A stretch of DNA of 64,000 nt from positions 625-64,624 of the forward strand of contig CANRBQ010000002.1 in assembly GCA_947628905.1 (NCBI GenBank). Direction: 5' to 3'. The DNA is from an uncultured Bacilli bacterium (lineage in GTDB: Bacteria; Bacillota_I; Bacilli_A; RF39; UBA660). The translations under genes were made by a program, and so were the position numbers. Numbering within the stretch: the first letter of the stretch is position 1; each line of letters starts with the position of its first letter. The notes beneath the pieces were generated by a model that saw only the letters and a list, made by a program, of their open reading frames with translations, made no database searches and had not been told where the DNA came from. Below, one piece after another: positions 45,698 to 56,230 of this stretch.

Positions 45698-46765
45698 ATG
45701 AATATAAGAGTTAATAATTTTAATATATTTTTAATAATTGCAGTAACATTTTTAATAAGCGTCATTTTAACCCCCATTACCAAAAAAATAGCTAATCATA
45801 TTGGTGCTATAGATTATCCCAATAGTAGAAAGATTCACAAAACTCCTAAACCTCGTCTTGGTGGCCTAGCAATATACATATCATTTATTCTTGGCTATGC
45901 CCTTTTTGGAGAAGTAAATACCCAAATGATTTCTATTTTTATCGGGGGCTTCATTATCATTCTTCTTGGTTTAATCGATGATATCAAATCTGTACCTGCT
46001 CGTTATAAATTTATAGTTCAATTAATCGTAGCTATTTTTGTTGTCCTCTATGGTCAAATATATTTCTCTGAAATTACTTTTCTTGGCTTAAAAATATATA
46101 TAAATAAATATATAAGTTATATATTATCTTCAATCTTTATCGTAGCTATAACAAATTCTATAAATATCATTGATGGCTTAGATGGCCTCGCCGCAGGTAT
46201 ATCATCAATTTATTTTCTTACAATAGCTATTATTGCCTTTATTCTTAATCGTATCGGGGGTCTAGATATAATCTTATCCATAATTATGTTGGGAGCAACT
46301 CTAGGCTTTTTACCTTATAATTTCCCTCCTGCTAAAATATTTATGGGTGATACAGGCAGTTTATTTTTAGGATATATGATTTCTATAATTGCTTTATTAG
46401 GCTTTAAAATAGCCACGATTACATCATTAATTGTTCCCTTATGTATTTTAGGAATCCCAATTTTTGATACTGTTCTAGCTATTTTTAGAAGATTATTAAA
46501 ACACAAAAATATAGGCATCGCAGATAAAGAACACTTCCATCACCAATTATTAAAATTAAAATATTCTCCCATTGCTAGTATTTTAATAATCTATTTTGTT
46601 GATATACTATTTGCTAGTGTTTCAATTTTCTTTGTTTTAGGTGATACCAAAATGGCTATTTTCTTATATGTTGCTCTGATGATTATGTTACTCTTCTTAA
46701 TATTAAAAACTGATATTTTATATGAGCATAAAAATAAGAAAGAGAAAAATATAGCTAATAACTAG
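45698..46765 (+). CDS. tagO: undecaprenyl-phosphate GlcNAc-1-phosphate transferase (MraY/WecA family, TagO-like)
   Basis: Polytopic, with NSINIIDGLDGLAAG and FMGDTGSLFLGY motifs. Confidence 0.88.
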   Translation: MNIRVNNFNIFLIIAVTFLISVILTPITKKIANHIGAIDYPNSRKIHKTPKPRLGGLAIYISFILGYALFGEVNTQMISIFIGGFIIILLGLIDDIKSVPARYKFIVQLIVAIFVVLYGQIYFSEITFLGLKIYINKYISYILSSIFIVAITNSINIIDGLDGLAAGISSIYFLTIAIIAFILNRIGGLDIILSIIMLGATLGFLPYNFPPAKIFMGDTGSLFLGYMISIIALLGFKIATITSLIVPLCILGIPIFDTVLAIFRRLLKHKNIGIADKEHFHHQLLKLKYSPIASILIIYFVDILFASVSIFFVLGDTKMAIFLYVALMIMLLFLILKTDILYEHKNKKEKNIANN

Positions 46766-46797
46766 TTAATATGTTATAATTTACAAGGAGGAATACC

Positions 46798-47589
46798 ATG
46801 AATTATTTAAATAATATTAAATATACATTTACTAAATATGGCTTTTTAATAGAAGAATTAGTTAGTCGTGATTTTAAAGTAAAATACAAACGTAGTATTT
46901 TAGGTGTTTTATGGAGTTTATTATATCCTCTTTTAACCATGACTGTCATGGCTATAGTTTTTTCTAATGTTTTTAAATTTTCAACTCCTGGGGTTAATTA
47001 TCTTGTTTATTTAATGACAGGATTAGTAATATTTAATTATTTTAGTGAAGCATCTAATCTTGCCATGAGTAGTGTAGTAGCTAATTTCTCTTTAATAAAT
47101 AAAGTTTATATTCCCAAATATATATTCCCCTTAACTAAATGTTTATTTGTAGGTATAAATTTTTTATTAACTCTTATTCCCTTATATATTATAATTTTAG
47201 TAACCGGAACAGGTATTAATGTATATCATTTATTATTACCATATGCTTTTATCTGTTTATTCTTATTTACTGTTGGCATAGGTTTTATTCTCGCGGCTAT
47301 ATCAGTTTTTTTACGAGATATGTTTTATATATATGGAGTTTTAATTACCCTATGGACTTATTTAACTCCTATAATGTATGATATTAAAATGTTAAATCCT
47401 ACTTTTGCTTTTATCTTAAAATTCAATCCTTTATATCAATTTATTAATTTTTCTCGTACTATTATTCTTTATAACTCTTGCCCTACTATAGGACAATTCG
47501 CTGGTTGTGCAGTTTCATCTTTAGTTTTTCTTCTCGCTGGTATTATTATCTTTAAGAAAAATCAAGATAAATTTATTTATTATGTATAG
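46798..47589 (+). CDS. tagG: ABC-2 type glycopolymer export permease (TagG-like)
   Basis: N-terminal RDFKVKYKRSILGVLWSLL motif, six TM segments. Confidence 0.88.
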   Translation: MNYLNNIKYTFTKYGFLIEELVSRDFKVKYKRSILGVLWSLLYPLLTMTVMAIVFSNVFKFSTPGVNYLVYLMTGLVIFNYFSEASNLAMSSVVANFSLINKVYIPKYIFPLTKCLFVGINFLLTLIPLYIIILVTGTGINVYHLLLPYAFICLFLFTVGIGFILAAISVFLRDMFYIYGVLITLWTYLTPIMYDIKMLNPTFAFILKFNPLYQFINFSRTIILYNSCPTIGQFAGCAVSSLVFLLAGIIIFKKNQDKFIYYV

Positions 47590-47600
47590 GAGGGTTTTAA

Positions 47601-48356
47601 ATGGAAAAAGAAACAATGATTGAAGTTAATAATATATCAATGCGTTTTAATCTTGGTATTGAAAAAGGCTTTTCTTTAAAACAAGGTTTTGTAGATTTAT
47701 TTAAAAAAGATAAAAAAAATAAACCAAAAAACAATGAATTTTGGGCCCTTAAAAATGTAGATTTTAAAATAAAAAAAGGTGAAGTAATTGGTTTTATAGG
47801 CTCTAATGGTGCTGGTAAATCTACTTTATTAAAGATTGTCGCAGGCGTTATGAAACCCACTAAAGGTAATATCAAAGCTTATGGCAATATTTGTCCTATG
47901 ATTGAACTTGGTGCAGGCTTTGATCCCCAACTTACCGCGCGTGAAAATATATATTTAAATGGCGCTGTAATGGGTTATTCTAAAGAATTAATTAATTCCA
48001 AATTTCAAGAAATCGTAGACTTTTCAGAATTAAAAGATTTTTTAGATGTTCCCGTTCAAAACTTTTCATCAGGTATGATTGCTCGTCTTGCTTTTTCTAT
48101 CGCCACCATCGTAGAGCCAGAAATCTTAATTGTTGATGAAATATTATCTGTTGGAGATATTGCCTTTCAAGCCAAAAGTGAAGCTAAAATGATGAGTATG
48201 ATAACTGGAGGGACAACTGTTTTATATGTATCCCATTCTCTAGAATCTATTCGCAAACTATGTGATCGCGTTGTTTGGATTGAACATGGTGAAGTACAAA
48301 AAATAGGAGGAAAAGAAATCTGTGATGATTATCTAAAATATATGGAGGTTAAGTAG
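47601..48356 (+). CDS. tagH: glycopolymer export ABC ATPase (TagH-like)
   Basis: Walker A GSNGAGKST, signature FSSGM, Walker B ILIVDE. Confidence 0.9.
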   Translation: MEKETMIEVNNISMRFNLGIEKGFSLKQGFVDLFKKDKKNKPKNNEFWALKNVDFKIKKGEVIGFIGSNGAGKSTLLKIVAGVMKPTKGNIKAYGNICPMIELGAGFDPQLTARENIYLNGAVMGYSKELINSKFQEIVDFSELKDFLDVPVQNFSSGMIARLAFSIATIVEPEILIVDEILSVGDIAFQAKSEAKMMSMITGGTTVLYVSHSLESIRKLCDRVVWIEHGEVQKIGGKEICDDYLKYMEVK

Positions 48357-48360
48357 TATT

Positions 48361-50331
48361 ATGATTAATAAGATAACAAAACATTTAAAAGAATATGGAC
48401 CAATTGAAACCACCAAATGGCTTTATAATTGTGTTTTATTTAAAATCCGTAGTCGTAAAATTAAAAGTATGGATTTTATTGAAATAGAAAAAGAAAATAA
48501 ATATCTAAAACATTTAGTTCCTAAAATAAAACCCAATGTTTTTATTGTTGCAAGTGTTCCCTATTATGATATCGGGGGTGGCCAAAGATGTTCTGGTCTA
48601 GCTAAAACATTCAATAAAATGGGTTATAATGTTAACTATTTATATGCTTTTAGATCTTCTGAAAGTACTAAATATAATATTGAAATGCCTATGGCATCTC
48701 ACCTTTTCATAAAAGAGAATACCAAAGAAAAAATAGCTAATATTGTATCAGCCAATGATTTATTTATTTTTGAAGCCCCATCTTCAAAATTCGCAGATAT
48801 ATTAGATTTAGCTATTGAAAAAAAATGTAAAATAGTTTATGAAAATATTGATAATTGGGAAACAAGTTTAGGAAATGGTGTATTTGATAAAGATATGCTA
48901 ATTAAATTATTAAAAAATGCTGATTTACTTGTAGGCTCTGCTAAACCCCTTGTTGAACAATTAAAAAATTATTTAAAAGAATATAAAATAAAAGATAAAA
49001 AAGTTTTATATTTAGCTAATGCTGTAGATGATGAACTATTCTGTGGTTTAAAAAAATTAGATAAACCTACTGATTTAATCACCGATAAATTAACCTTTTT
49101 ATATTATGGTTCTCTTTGGGGTGAATGGTTTGATTGGGATTTAATTATTGATCTAGCTATCAAACATCCTCGTTATTCCTTTAATATAATTGGTGATTAT
49201 AAAAATATTGATAATATAATTAAATTATGCCCACATAATATTCATTTCTTAGGCTTAAAAAAACAAGTTGATTTACCAGCCTATTTAAAATATGTCGATT
49301 ATAGTCTAATTCCGTTTAAACCAGGCGAAATAGGAGATTATGTCTCTCCCTTAAAAATATTTGAATACATTTCCATGTATACTAAAGTATTATCCACAAC
49401 TCTTCCTGATATCAAAGATTATCCTAATGTATATTATGGAAATACTGTTGAAGAATGGGAAAAAATAATTGCCGAAAATTATGAAGTAAATAAAGAAAGT
49501 GCCGATAATTTTATTGAAGAAAATACCTGGTGTAATCGGGTAACAAAAATTATTGAAAACATTTATCCTGAAACAAATAACTCTATTTTTAAAGATAATC
49601 TATCTATTATAATTTTAAATTATAATAACAAAAATATTATTTTTAAATCTTTAAATAGTCTAATAAAATTTAATGAAATATATAATTATGAAATAATTGT
49701 TGTCGATAATGGTAGTACTGATGGTTCTTATGAACTATTAGAAAAAAAATATAAAGGCCAAATAAAATTAGTAAAAAATACTAAAAATGGTTGTTCCAGT
49801 GGTCGTAATCTCGGAGTCCAACAAGCAACCAAGAAATATCTTTTATTCTTAGATAGTGATCAATGGATAACTAATAAATACTGGTTATTACCCTATGAAA
49901 ATATTTTAAATAATGTTGAAGATGTTGGTTTAATTGGTTGGGCTGCTGGTTTCTTTAATAAAAATAATCAAGCATATCATGTTGTTGATAGCTTTCCATA
50001 TCGTTATATGCCATCAGATTCTTTAGCCCGAAATGACATAGGATATCTTGGCTCTGGAGGTATGCTTGTAACCAAAGAAGATTTTAATAAAGTAGAAGGT
50101 TTTGATATAAAATATGATCCCACATGTTATGAAGATACTGATTTTTCTTTAAAAATTAGAAATATTGACAAAGAAATATATTATTGCCCTTATCTAGGTT
50201 TAATCCACTTACCCCATCAAACAACCAAAAGTGGTAGTAAAGAACATCAAAAATTAATTAAACAAAAACAAGAATATTTTACTAACAAATGGCAAAAAAT
50301 AAATAAAAATTTATTTAAATATAAAAAATAA
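48361..50331 (+). CDS. two-domain glycosyltransferase (GT1/4-like N-half + GT2 C-half)
   Basis: The N-half is similar to the 53229 product (YYGSLWGEWFDWDL, SPLKIFEY). The C-half has IIILNYNN, VVDNGSTDGS, DSDQW. Confidence 0.8.
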   Translation: MINKITKHLKEYGPIETTKWLYNCVLFKIRSRKIKSMDFIEIEKENKYLKHLVPKIKPNVFIVASVPYYDIGGGQRCSGLAKTFNKMGYNVNYLYAFRSSESTKYNIEMPMASHLFIKENTKEKIANIVSANDLFIFEAPSSKFADILDLAIEKKCKIVYENIDNWETSLGNGVFDKDMLIKLLKNADLLVGSAKPLVEQLKNYLKEYKIKDKKVLYLANAVDDELFCGLKKLDKPTDLITDKLTFLYYGSLWGEWFDWDLIIDLAIKHPRYSFNIIGDYKNIDNIIKLCPHNIHFLGLKKQVDLPAYLKYVDYSLIPFKPGEIGDYVSPLKIFEYISMYTKVLSTTLPDIKDYPNVYYGNTVEEWEKIIAENYEVNKESADNFIEENTWCNRVTKIIENIYPETNNSIFKDNLSIIILNYNNKNIIFKSLNSLIKFNEIYNYEIIVVDNGSTDGSYELLEKKYKGQIKLVKNTKNGCSSGRNLGVQQATKKYLLFLDSDQWITNKYWLLPYENILNNVEDVGLIGWAAGFFNKNNQAYHVVDSFPYRYMPSDSLARNDIGYLGSGGMLVTKEDFNKVEGFDIKYDPTCYEDTDFSLKIRNIDKEIYYCPYLGLIHLPHQTTKSGSKEHQKLIKQKQEYFTNKWQKINKNLFKYKK

Positions 50332-50341
50332 AGAGGAAATT

Positions 50342-52093
50342 ATGGAAAGAAAACAAACAATAATTAGAATTATATTAGCTATATATGTAGCCTTTATCTT
50401 AAGTTATCAAAGTAAATTAGGAAGTATTCACTATTCCCTTTTTTTCTTATTATTTTCTATTTTACTAACAATATTTTTCTTAAAATCTAATTTAAATTTA
50501 ACTAAAAGAACTAAAAAATTTACTATTATAACTTCTCTTATAACCAGTATATTATTTTCTTTAGGTTCTATTGTTTATCAAAAAATTTATTTAAAGACTA
50601 ATTTTGAAATATTTACTTTTAATAATATTATTCATCTAATTCTTTATTTTATTGCTGATTATATCTTAAGTTATTTTCTATTTAGTATTTTATATTCTAA
50701 AATAGATACTATTAAAATACATGAAAAAATAAATAATAATAATTCTAAAAAAGTTTTCTTTCTAAGTTTTATAATAATATTTATCTGTTATATCCCTTAT
50801 TTTTTAAGATGTTATCCTGCCCTAATGTCTCCTGATTCTTTTGTTCAAATTAACAATATAGAAAAAAACATATTTATTAATAATCATCCTTTTATTGAAA
50901 CTCAATTTCTAGGTCTTATATATAAATTAGGAAAATTAATATTTGGCCCTGGAAACTTAGCTCTAGCCTTTTATATTATTATTCAAATGCTTATAATATC
51001 ATTAGTATTTTCTTTAGTAGTTACTTATCTATATAAAAAACAAGTAAAAAAATGGATAATAATTCTTACTCTCTTATTTTATGCCTTATCTCCTCTTCAT
51101 GCTTTCTACAGTGTAACTCTCTGGAAAGATATATTATTTGGCGTTAATTTTGCTTTAATTCTTCTAGCATTCTTAAAAATAAATGAAGAAGGATTTACTA
51201 AAAAGAATATTGCTATCTTAATACTTTCTTTATTAATTCTCTTATTTTTCCGCAACAATGGAATTTATATCTTTATATTCTTAATAACATTTATAATATT
51301 AATTTATAAAAAGTTCAAAATAACTATTCCTTTATGTGCTAGTTTATTAATAATATATTTTATAATTACTGGTCCCATCTATAATAAAATTGGAGTTATT
51401 CCTACTAAATCAGTTGAAGCATTATCCATTCCCTTACAACAAGTAGGAAGAGTAATAGTTTTAGATCAAGAAATAGATAAAGAATCTCAAAAATATTTAA
51501 ATGAAATATTTAATATTAACTATTTAAAAGAAAATTATGAACAACATCTCGCAGATAATACTAAAAATTCTATAAATCTAGAAACTTTTGATAAAACAAA
51601 AATTAAATTTTTTAAAGTATGGTTTAAACTATTAATAAAACATCCTCTAACTTATATTGAAAGTTATTTAGCATCTACATGTGGCTATTGGTATCCTGAT
51701 GTTGCGTATCACGCTATAAGTTTTGTAAATTCTGAAACAGAAACTTACAATGCTTATGAATATAATATTAAAAGTGCGCCAAAAACTCCAGAATTTATAA
51801 ATAAAATAATAGATAGAACAGCGGATAAAACCCTACCATTTAGTATATTAATTTGGAGTACTGGTTTATATTGCTATATACTATTCTTAATGTGTATGAT
51901 TTATATATATTTACATAAATTCCAAAATAAAAATATTATTTGTTATCTTCCTTTAATAGGTTTATATTTAACTATTATGATAAGTTCTCCTGTATTTGCT
52001 GAATTAAGATACATATATGGTTTATTTACATGTTTACCACTTATAATATTAATTCCATTTTTAAATAAGAAAGAAGGTAAGAAAAATGATTAA
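50342..52093 (+). CDS. large polytopic membrane protein (GT-C-like / glycopolymer assembly?)
   Basis: 583 aa with more than 10 hydrophobic segments, embedded in the glycopolymer locus. Family not identified. Confidence 0.55.
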   Translation: MERKQTIIRIILAIYVAFILSYQSKLGSIHYSLFFLLFSILLTIFFLKSNLNLTKRTKKFTIITSLITSILFSLGSIVYQKIYLKTNFEIFTFNNIIHLILYFIADYILSYFLFSILYSKIDTIKIHEKINNNNSKKVFFLSFIIIFICYIPYFLRCYPALMSPDSFVQINNIEKNIFINNHPFIETQFLGLIYKLGKLIFGPGNLALAFYIIIQMLIISLVFSLVVTYLYKKQVKKWIIILTLLFYALSPLHAFYSVTLWKDILFGVNFALILLAFLKINEEGFTKKNIAILILSLLILLFFRNNGIYIFIFLITFIILIYKKFKITIPLCASLLIIYFIITGPIYNKIGVIPTKSVEALSIPLQQVGRVIVLDQEIDKESQKYLNEIFNINYLKENYEQHLADNTKNSINLETFDKTKIKFFKVWFKLLIKHPLTYIESYLASTCGYWYPDVAYHAISFVNSETETYNAYEYNIKSAPKTPEFINKIIDRTADKTLPFSILIWSTGLYCYILFLMCMIYIYLHKFQNKNIICYLPLIGLYLTIMISSPVFAELRYIYGLFTCLPLIILIPFLNKKEGKKND

Positions 52094-53192
52094 AGTATTA
52101 ACAGTATTTGGAACAAGACCAGAAGCTATTAAAATGGCTCCTTTAGTTAAAGAATTAGAAAGAAGAGAAGAAATTGAAAGCATAGTTTGTGTAACTGCTC
52201 AACATCGTGAAATGTTAGATCAAGTATTAAAAACATTTAAAATAACTCCAGATTATGATTTAAATATTATGAAACAAGGCCAAACTTTAGGAGAAGTAAC
52301 AACTAGAGCTTTAGAAGGATTAGAAAAAGTTATTAAAGAATGTAAACCTGATATTGTTTTAGTTCATGGAGATACTACTACAACTTTTGCTGGAGCTCTG
52401 GCCGCTTTTTATAATCAAGTAGCAATTGGTCATGTAGAAGCTGGATTAAGAACATATGATAAATATTCCCCATATCCTGAAGAAATGAATCGTAAAATGG
52501 TTGATAGCCTATCTGATATGTATTTTGCTCCTACAAAAGTTAGTAAAGAAAATTTACTTAAAGAAAACATTCCGGAAAATAAAATATATATCACTGGAAA
52601 TACAGCCATTGATGCTCTAAAAACAACAATAGATAAAAACTATACTCATAAAGAATTAGAATGGCTAGAACCTCAAGAAAAATTATTACTATTAACAGCT
52701 CATCGTCGTGAAAATCTTGGTGAACCAATGCGTCATATATTTAAAGCTATTAAAAAAATTGTTACAGAATTTGAAGATGTTAAAGTAATATATCCTATTC
52801 ATTTAAATCCTAAAGTAAGAGAAGTAGCTAATGAAGTATTAAAAGATTGTAAACGTGTTAAATTAATAGAACCCTTAGAAGTATTTGATTTTCATAATTT
52901 TCAAAATAAAGCTTATTTAATCTTAACCGACAGTGGAGGTATTCAAGAAGAAGCTCCCTCTTTAGGAAAACCAGTTCTTGTTTTAAGAGATACCACCGAG
53001 CGACCAGAAGGAGTGGAAGCAGGAACTTTAAAACTTGTAGGAACTGATGAAGAAACAATTTATAATGCCACCAAAGAGTTATTAACAAATAAAGAAACAT
53101 ATGAAAAAATGAGTAAAGCATCTAATCCCTATGGTGATGGAACTTCTAGTATAAAGATTGTTGATGCTATAATAAAAAAATTTAAAGCTTAA
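52086..53192 (+). CDS. mnaA: UDP-N-acetylglucosamine 2-epimerase (non-hydrolysing)
   Basis: VFGTRPEAIKMAP, HVEAGLRT, TDSGGIQEE motifs. Confidence 0.95.
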   Translation: MIKVLTVFGTRPEAIKMAPLVKELERREEIESIVCVTAQHREMLDQVLKTFKITPDYDLNIMKQGQTLGEVTTRALEGLEKVIKECKPDIVLVHGDTTTTFAGALAAFYNQVAIGHVEAGLRTYDKYSPYPEEMNRKMVDSLSDMYFAPTKVSKENLLKENIPENKIYITGNTAIDALKTTIDKNYTHKELEWLEPQEKLLLLTAHRRENLGEPMRHIFKAIKKIVTEFEDVKVIYPIHLNPKVREVANEVLKDCKRVKLIEPLEVFDFHNFQNKAYLILTDSGGIQEEAPSLGKPVLVLRDTTERPEGVEAGTLKLVGTDEETIYNATKELLTNKETYEKMSKASNPYGDGTSSIKIVDAIIKKFKA

Positions 53193-53228
53193 TTATTTTG
53201 AAAAAAATATATTAAAGGAAAGATGTAA

Positions 53229-54497
53229 ATGAAAGAAAAAATATCAAAATTAATTAATGTTTATAAAAAATATGGCTTTGTCGGTTTTATGAAAAAATTA
53301 AAAGCGTACATTATAGCTAACTATTTAGATAAAATAAGTTTTAAAGTTCTATTCCATCAAAAAAAATACCATCAAATAATTAAAGAAATATTAGATAATA
53401 ATATTTATGATCGTATTATAATCTGGCGTAGTTCTTTTGGCTATAATGTTCCCCTTTTTCAAAGACCTCAACATATTGCCAATAATTTAGCCCAAGAAAA
53501 ATGTTTAGTTTTTTATGAAGTAACAACTATGACTGATAAAGTAAAAACTATTAAAAAACATACCAAAAATATATATTTAACTAATTTTAATAATATATTA
53601 TTAAATAAAATCTTAATGCAAGAACTATCAAAAATAAACAAACCTAAATATATTGAATTATATTCTACTGATTGGAAATTATCTATTAATGATATTAAAA
53701 ACTATTTAAATAATGGTTTTAAAATGATATATGAATATATTGATCATTTATCACCAGAACTAGCCGGCACTAAAAACTTACCCCAAAATATCATTGATAA
53801 ATATGAATATGTTATGCAAAATAAAGATATATATGTTGTCGTAACTGCCGATTTATTAAAAGAAGATGTAATAAAAAAACGTGGTTCTAAAAATTTAGTT
53901 TTTTCTTCTAATGGAGTAGATTATGAATTCTTTAAACATCTAGACTCTAATTATGTATTTGAACCAACCTTCACTAATATCATAAAAGATAATAAAAAAT
54001 TAGTTATGTATTATGGAGCTTTAGCTAAATGGTTTGATTATGATTTATTAAAAGAAATAGCTAAAACCAATAAATATAATATTGTTTTATTGGGAATAAA
54101 GTATGATGAATCTTATGATGAAAATATTCATGATGAAAAAAATATTTACTTTCTTGGTTCTAAAGATTATCAAGTATTAAAAAATTATGCTAATAAAGCT
54201 GATATATTAATAATTCCCTTTAAAATAAATGATATAACCAAAAGTACTAGTCCTGTTAAAATATTTGAATATATGGCCTTAAAAAAGCCTATAGTTACTA
54301 CTGACTTAAATGAATGTCGAAAGTATAAAAGTGTTTTAATTGGTAAAAATAAAAATGATTTTCTAAAAAAATTACAAGAAGCTGAAAAATTAAGTAAAGA
54401 CCAAAAATACTTAGATTTATTAGATAAAGAAGCAAAAGAAAATGATTGGCGAGCTAAAACTAAAGCCATCATCGATTTAATTAAAGTGGATGAGTAA
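53229..54497 (+). CDS. glycosyltransferase (GT1/4-like, TuaH-like)
   Basis: YYGALAKWFDYDLL and SPVKIFEYMALKKPIV, paralogous to the N-half of the 48361 product. Confidence 0.7.
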   Translation: MKEKISKLINVYKKYGFVGFMKKLKAYIIANYLDKISFKVLFHQKKYHQIIKEILDNNIYDRIIIWRSSFGYNVPLFQRPQHIANNLAQEKCLVFYEVTTMTDKVKTIKKHTKNIYLTNFNNILLNKILMQELSKINKPKYIELYSTDWKLSINDIKNYLNNGFKMIYEYIDHLSPELAGTKNLPQNIIDKYEYVMQNKDIYVVVTADLLKEDVIKKRGSKNLVFSSNGVDYEFFKHLDSNYVFEPTFTNIIKDNKKLVMYYGALAKWFDYDLLKEIAKTNKYNIVLLGIKYDESYDENIHDEKNIYFLGSKDYQVLKNYANKADILIIPFKINDITKSTSPVKIFEYMALKKPIVTTDLNECRKYKSVLIGKNKNDFLKKLQEAEKLSKDQKYLDLLDKEAKENDWRAKTKAIIDLIKVDE

Positions 54498-55203
54498 AAT
54501 GAAAGAATATTTAAAAGAATTATATCCTGGTAGTAAAGAAGAATACTTTAATCTCTTACAAAATAATTTAAAAAATAAACAAAAAAGATTTATTATTACT
54601 GTTAATCCTGAAACATTAATGCAAAGTGAAAAAGATTCTGAACTTAAAAAAATATTAAATAATAAAAAATATAGTTATGTTCCTGATAGTATCGCGGTTG
54701 TAAAAGCTGCTCAAAAAAACAAAATAATACTAAAAGAAAGAATCCCAGGCATTGATATAGCCGATTTTCTACTTAAAGAAGCCAACCATCAAAAGTATTC
54801 TCTATATTTATTTGGAGCTAAAGAAGAAGTATTAGAAAAATTAATAACTAAAATAAATAAAGAATATCCCAATATAAATATTTTAGGTTATAATCATGGT
54901 TATATAAAAGATAAAACTAAAGAAATGACTAAAATATTAAATTTAGAACCCGATATTGTTTTAGTAGCATTAGGAATACCTCTTCAAGAAAAATTAATAG
55001 AGAGTATTTTTCCTAAAGTAAAAAAAGGTATCTATATTGGTGTTGGAGGTAGTTTTGATGTTCTAAGTAACAGTAAAAAAAGAGCTCCTAAAATATTCAT
55101 TAAATTAAATTTAGAATGGTTATATCGAATATTAAAAGAACCATCTAGAATAAAAAGATTTTATCAGAATAATATTAAATTTTTATTTAAAATTAATAAA
55201 TAA
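54490..55203 (+). CDS. tagA: WecG/TagA/CpsF family glycosyltransferase (N-acetylmannosaminyltransferase-like)
   Basis: GT26 motifs PDSIAVV, LFGAKEEV, VALGIPLQE, LEWLYRILKEPSRIKR. Confidence 0.88.
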   Translation: MSKMKEYLKELYPGSKEEYFNLLQNNLKNKQKRFIITVNPETLMQSEKDSELKKILNNKKYSYVPDSIAVVKAAQKNKIILKERIPGIDIADFLLKEANHQKYSLYLFGAKEEVLEKLITKINKEYPNINILGYNHGYIKDKTKEMTKILNLEPDIVLVALGIPLQEKLIESIFPKVKKGIYIGVGGSFDVLSNSKKRAPKIFIKLNLEWLYRILKEPSRIKRFYQNNIKFLFKINK

Positions 55204-55288
55204 TAAAATAAGAATAGTAAAGAAAATGTCTATGCATTTACGAAATAAAAAACTTATGTTATACTAAAAATATAAAGTGAGGTAACTT

Positions 55289-56230
55289 ATGAATAAAATA
55301 GCAATATTAATTCCTTGTTATAACGAGGCCAAAACAATTGAAAAAGTTGTAAAAGATTTTAAGAAAGAATTACCAGAAGCCGATATTTATGTTTATGATA
55401 ATAATTCAAGTGATGATACAGCTAATATAGCTAAAAAAGCCGGAGCTATCGTTCGTCATGAATATATGCAAGGTAAAGGTAATGTAATTAGAAGAATGTT
55501 TCGAGAAATTGAAGCTGATTGTTATCTAATGGCCGATGGAGATGATACTTATCCTGCTAATCAAGCAAGAGAAATGTGTGATTTAATTCTTGAAGGTAAA
55601 GCTGAAATGGTTGTAGGAGATCGCTTGTCTAGTACTTATTTTACTGAAAATAAACGTATGTTTCACAATTTTGGCAATGTCTTAGTACGTTTTTTAGTTA
55701 ATAAAACATTTAAAAGTAATGTCCGTGATATTATGACTGGCTATCGAGCTTTTAGCAAAACTTTTGTTAAATCCTTCCCTGTTATTTCTGGTGGTTTTGA
55801 AATTGAAACTGAAATGACTATTCATGCTTTAGATAAAAAAATGAAACTAGAAAATGTTTTAATTGATTATCGTGATCGTCCTGCTGGAAGTGTATCTAAA
55901 CTTAATACTGTCAGTGATGGAATAAAAGTCTTAAAAACAATAGCTACCCTATTTAAACAATATCGCCCATTTACTTTCTTTAGTTTATTATCATTTATTA
56001 GTTTTCTAATAGGAATATTATTTTTTATCCCCCCATTATTAGGATATATTAATACAGGTCTTGTAGAAAAATTTCCTTCTTTAATCGCAGCTTCTTTCTT
56101 TGGCATAATAGCTATTCAATTATTTGTAGGAGGATTAATATTAGAAAGTATAGCTAGAAAAGATCGTCAAAATTTTGAACTACATTTAATTATGCTAGAA
56201 CAAATAAATCGAGGAAAAAACAATGACTAA
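55289..56230 (+). CDS. GT2 polyprenyl-phosphate glycosyltransferase (GtrB/CsbB-like)
   Basis: ILIPCYNE, DNNSSDDT, DGDDTY and two C-terminal TM helices. Confidence 0.85.
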   Translation: MNKIAILIPCYNEAKTIEKVVKDFKKELPEADIYVYDNNSSDDTANIAKKAGAIVRHEYMQGKGNVIRRMFREIEADCYLMADGDDTYPANQAREMCDLILEGKAEMVVGDRLSSTYFTENKRMFHNFGNVLVRFLVNKTFKSNVRDIMTGYRAFSKTFVKSFPVISGGFEIETEMTIHALDKKMKLENVLIDYRDRPAGSVSKLNTVSDGIKVLKTIATLFKQYRPFTFFSLLSFISFLIGILFFIPPLLGYINTGLVEKFPSLIAASFFGIIAIQLFVGGLILESIARKDRQNFELHLIMLEQINRGKNND